Below, in pieces: positions 35,583-39,709 of a stretch of DNA of 39,709 bases. The translations under genes and the position numbers were made by a program. Position 1 is the first letter of the stretch, and each line of letters opens with the position of its first letter. The notes beneath the pieces are model-generated. The model searched no databases and had not been told where the DNA came from. It saw nothing but the letters and a program-made list of their open reading frames with translations. The DNA is taken from assembly GCF_001194135.2 (NCBI RefSeq), contig NC_068986.1:54691978-54731686 (forward strand). The letters run 5' to 3'. Source of the DNA: Octopus bimaculoides (taxonomy: Eukaryota).

Positions 35583-36071
35583 CTGCATTAGTTTTCTCTA
35601 GTGAAGCATTAAACTAATTCCATATTTGTGAAACCTTGTTCTTCCTGTATTGTTGCACCTTACTTTATCCTATAGCCAATCCTTAAAATCCCTCCTACTT
35701 CACTCTATCCACCTCCCTTTCTATTTATTTTCTTTACTTTTAGCAATTAACAGTCACCTCCGCTACCATTCTGTTATTGAACGTTGATACGTTTGTGTCT
35801 TTTTCTTGGGATGCCTACTATATCAGGACTTTAACCAACATGGATATACGTAGGATTGCACCTTAGGACTTACGCTCACGGATCTATGCAGGATTGCACC
35901 TAAGGACTCATGCTTTGGTTTCTATAACTTCGGAAAGTTAAACTATGAACTTTTAAGCCTCTTTTTTTCTTCTCTCTTTCCATTTCCTTATTCTTTTATT
36001 CCCTTCCTCTATGTTGTCATCTTATTGATATACACCATTCTCATTTTCCATATTTCTTTCCTCACAATTTG

Positions 36072-36125
36072 TCTCTGATGATGGAATATCCCATACTTGG
36101 GGATATACCAGAAACATCTGTAAGA
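36072..36125 (+). ncRNA. Type I hammerhead ribozyme-like motif with intact core
   Basis: TCT-CTGATGA-TGGAATATCCC-ATACTTG-GGGATATACCA-GAA-AC-ATCT-GT-A-AGA: 10-bp stem II with one A.A mismatch, 3-bp stem I, GUA site after 36122. Confidence 0.7.
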
Positions 36126-36620
36126 GTTTGAATTTTTTCCTGTAATAATATTGTATACGACTTGAGATGTTTGCTTTGCCNNNNNNNNNNNNNNNNNNNN
36201 NNNNNNNNNNNNNNNNNNNNNNNNNNNNNNNNNNNNNNNNNNNNNNNNNNNNNNNNNNNNNNNNNNNNNNNNNNNNNNNNNNNNNNNNNNNNNNNNNNNN
36301 NNNNNNNNNNNNNNNNNNNNNNNNNNNNNNNNNNNNNNNNNNNNNNNNNNNNNNNNNNNNNNNNNNNNNNNNNNNNNNNNNNNNNNNNNNNNNNNNNNNN
36401 NNNNNNNNNNNNNNNNNNNNNNNNNNNNNNNNNNNNNNNNNNNNNNNNNNNNNNNNNNNNNNNNNNNNNNNNNNNNNNNNNNNNNNNNNNNNNNNNNNNN
36501 NNNNNNNNNNNNNNNNNNNNNNNNNNNNNNNNNNNNNNNNNNNNNNNNNNNNNNNNNNNNNNNNNNNNNNNNNNNNNNNNNNNNNNNNNNNNNNNNNNNN
36601 NNNNNNNNNNNNNNNNNNNN

Positions 36621-37055
36621 GAATGACACTCCACGTATAGCATTTGAAAGAGATCGAAAGAGGTGTAAATTCGTTGGTGCCAAATCAGGAGAGTAGAGCG
36701 AGTGTGGCAGCACTTCCCAGCCATGCGCTTGAAAGGCTTCCTTGGTCATATTGGCGATATGAGGGCGGGCGTTGTCGTGCAGCAGAAGAACTCCATGCTG
36801 TCGATTAGGTCTTTTCTCTTGAATAGCAGTGTTGAGTCATTCCCTCTGTTGAACATAGAGTTCCGTGTTGACCGTTTGGTTCCGTTCAAGCAATTCGTAA
36901 TGGATAATCCCTTCCCAGTCCCACCATACGCACAACATCGCTTGTTTACTGGGGCTAAGCCATTCCTTACGCTGCTTCATATTGATGTACAGGCACCAGT
37001 TCTCGTCGCTAGTAATGATTCAGTAAAGAAATCGTTGCTTGTGTCCATGAGTTGA
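36621..37055 (-). mobile_element. Mariner transposase catalytic-domain fragment
   Basis: IITSDENWCLY, MLCVWWDWEGIIHYELL, LLHDNARPH, GWEVLPHSLYSPDLAPTNLHLFRSL; flanked by gaps. Confidence 0.92.
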
Positions 37056-37948
37056 GCGGTGACAAGCAAGCAAACCAGCGGAGATTGATTTTTGTCGTTG
37101 ATTTTTGTTGTTGTCACTTNNNNNNNNNNNNNNNNNNNNNNNNNNNNNNNNNNNNNNNNNNNNNNNNNNNNNNNNNNNNNNNNNNNNNNNNNNNNNNNNN
37201 NNNNNNNNNNNNNNNNNNNNNNNNNNNNNNNNNNNNNNNNNNNNNNNNNNNNNNNNNNNNNNNNNNNNNNNNNNNNNNNNNNNNNNNNNNNNNNNNNNNN
37301 NNNNNNNNNNNNNNNNNNNNNNNNNNNNNNNNNNNNNNNNNNNNNNNNNNNNNNNNNNNNNNNNNNNNNNNNNNNNNNNNNNNNNNNNNNNNNNNNNNNN
37401 NNNNNNNNNNNNNNNNNNNNNNNNNNNNNNNNNNNNNNNNNNNNNNNNNNNNNNNNNNNNNNNNNNNNNNNNNNNNNNNNNNNNNNNNNNNNNNNNNNNN
37501 NNNNNNNNNNNNNNNNNNNNNNNNNNNNNNNNNNNNNNNNNNNNNNNNNNNNNNNNNNNNNNNNNNNNNNNNNNNNNNNNNNNNNNNNNNNNNNNNNNNN
37601 NNNNNNNNNNNNNNNNNNNNNNNNNNNTATATATATATTATGCATATCTACACTGACGTTGTTCTGTGATACAAAATACTTCAATTCACGTTGTTCTACG
37701 ATCACTTCGACACTTGACACGTGGTACACAGTGCACCTGTTCGGATAGCGTCGACTTGATGGAGAGAGTGAGCTAATGTGTGGCACGATCATTTCATCAC
37801 TATAAGCAAATCATTTGTGCAGGTCGTTCGGCAAAAGCTGAATGCTCATTCATCGCCTTCGACGAGAGAGTCCATCATACATACACACACACATATAAAT
37901 GTATGTACGTATGTAAACATGTATGCGCATATGTACACATATATATCT

Positions 37949-37991
<43 letters not shown>

Positions 37992-38314
37992 TATATTGAG
38001 TCATTTGTGCAAAAATTTTAGTGAAGAAGAGTGTCGCAACATCAACCTCATACTCTCGTCTAGGCTCGTATTGACTGATCTAGAGGCAAAACAAATCAAG
38101 ACAGGTGAATGCAGATGTGGCTGCAGTATATAACCACTAGTCATTTCTACAGTATTTCATCATGCTCTTAGAACTCCACAATGTATCCTGGAATCGTCTT
38201 ATTTTGCCGTTTAAAACATTTTTTGTTTCCTTCTGTTGATATGTCAGAATGAATAGGTCCTAAGTCATACGAGGTTTGAGACTCAAAGACTATCATTATC
38301 TTGTTGAATCTATT

Positions 38315-38463
38315 TGTGTGCTGAGAAGTTTTCTTCCCAAACACGTGGTTCTGAGTTCAGCCCTGTGAGGCACCTCGGTGAGTATCTTCTGCTATAACCC
38401 TGGACCAACCAAAGCATTGTGAGTGGATTTGGTAGACAGAAACTGAAAGAAGCCCGTCGTATA

Positions 38464-38506
<43 letters not shown>

Positions 38507-38727
38507 NNNNNNNNNNNNNNNNNNNNNNNNNNNNNNNNNNNNNNNNNNNNNNNNNNNNNNNNNNNNNNNNNNNNNNNNNNNNNNNNNNNNNNNNNNNNNN
38601 NNNNNNNNNNNNNNNNNNNNNNNNNNNNNNNNNNNNNNNNNNNNNNNNNNNNNNNNNNNNNNNNNNNNNNNNNNNNNNNNNNNNNNNNNNNNNNNNNNNN
38701 NNNNNNNNNNNNNNNNNNNNNNNNNNN

Positions 38728-38764
<37 letters not shown>

Positions 38765-38960
38765 CTTTTTGTCTTCCACCGCCGCTTGATAACTGGTGTT
38801 GGTTAGTTCACGTTTCCGTAACGTAGCGTTTAGTCAAAAAGAGATCGATGGAACAAATACCTGTGTTAAAAAAGCCATAAGTACTGTGGGTGATCCATTC
38901 GACTAAATCCCTTCAAGGTGTTGCCTCAACATGGCTGCAGTCTAGTGACTGAAATAAGTT
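38315..38960 (+). mobile_element. CORE-type SINE, diverged (centre lies in a gap)
   Basis: GAGTTCAGCCC B-box-like, GTGAGTGGATTTGGTAGACAGAAACTGAAAGAAGCCCGTCG, (TG)n, gap, tail ..CAACATGGCTGCAGTCTAGTGACTGAAATAAG. Confidence 0.85.
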
Positions 38961-39573
38961 ACGTACACCACGGTTTCTCGGAGTCTTAGATGATAAGTGG
39001 GCACTTGGCGGAGATCAAAGGTTTCCGGAAAATACAAGAGCTTCCGCCAGTTATGCTACGCCTCCTTGAACACACCAAACACAACCAGAACAAGAACTCT
39101 TTATTAACTAGCATTCACATTAAGTTCACATTTTCTCCAATACACATCAACTTTCAAAGGATCGACTTTATGAGGTGAAACAATAGAAACTGCAAAGACT
39201 ACATTGAGACAAACGAATTGACAAGCAATGAAACAAGTCTAAAACAAAGAGTGATTGCTGGAAAAATGAAAATATCGTTTTATTCCTCGTCATGTAATTA
39301 TTTTTAATTAGTTCTTTAGTGCCGCAGAAATGATGGGAGAAAGAAAGGAAGAAAATGATGACAGCGACGGCTACAACAACGGCGGCGGCGACGGTGATCA
39401 TAAGGATAAAACAAATAAGAATAAATGATGAAATGGGAGTGAAAGCAACAGGTAATTAAAAAACGGAGAGACTGAAACGATAAGAATGAGAGAAGTAGTA
39501 AAGGGAGATAAAAAAGGAAGGAAATGGAAAACGTATATAAGACGTAAAGGTTTGCAAGATAGAAAAAAAAACG

Positions 39574-39660
39574 GGAATTTGAACTCAGAACGCAGCGGCA
39601 GACGAAATACCGCTTAGCATTTCGCCCGGCGTGCTAACGTTTCTGCCAGCTCACCGCCTT
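39574..39660 (-). mobile_element. tRNA-derived head only of a Nin/Deu-type SINE
   Basis: Near-identical to the head of copy B (17944-18031); the body is absent. Confidence 0.85.

Positions 39661-39709
<49 letters not shown>

Larger units (their letters stand above)
35400..36180 (+). mobile_element. Putative PLE pseudo-LTR-like region
   Basis: Pyrimidine-rich tracts, each followed by an HHR-like motif (35554 and 36075), and a 38-bp tandem duplication at 35841-35916; ends at a gap. Confidence 0.35.

Overview
Eukaryotic, AT-rich, gap-riddled genomic DNA (14 N-gaps, about 5.8 kb in total) with very dense microsatellites. The repeat inventory looks like an octopus (coleoid cephalopod) genome; this is an inference from repeat types, not a database result. 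No confident host protein-coding gene, rRNA or CRISPR is present, and almost all listed ORFs are microsatellite or N-gap artefacts. Identifiable content includes four mariner/Tc1 remnants (one with both TIRs), a complete Tigger/pogo-like MITE with a SINE inside it, and a CR1/L2-type LINE ORF2 relic lacking its RT core. There are two abundant tRNA-derived SINE families (CORE-type with an internal microsatellite, and Nin/Deu-domain type, often nested or tandem) and a decayed tRNA-Leu(CAG). The most striking signal is six hammerhead-ribozyme (HHR)-like motifs in Penelope-like pseudo-LTR-type contexts. These include a core-intact HHR at 29002-29085 (-) overlapping a 91-bp near-perfect inverted repeat, and a motif at 4468-4529 whose three strands occur in an order matching none of the canonical type I/II/III permutations. 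All folds were derived by eye and none is experimentally tested.
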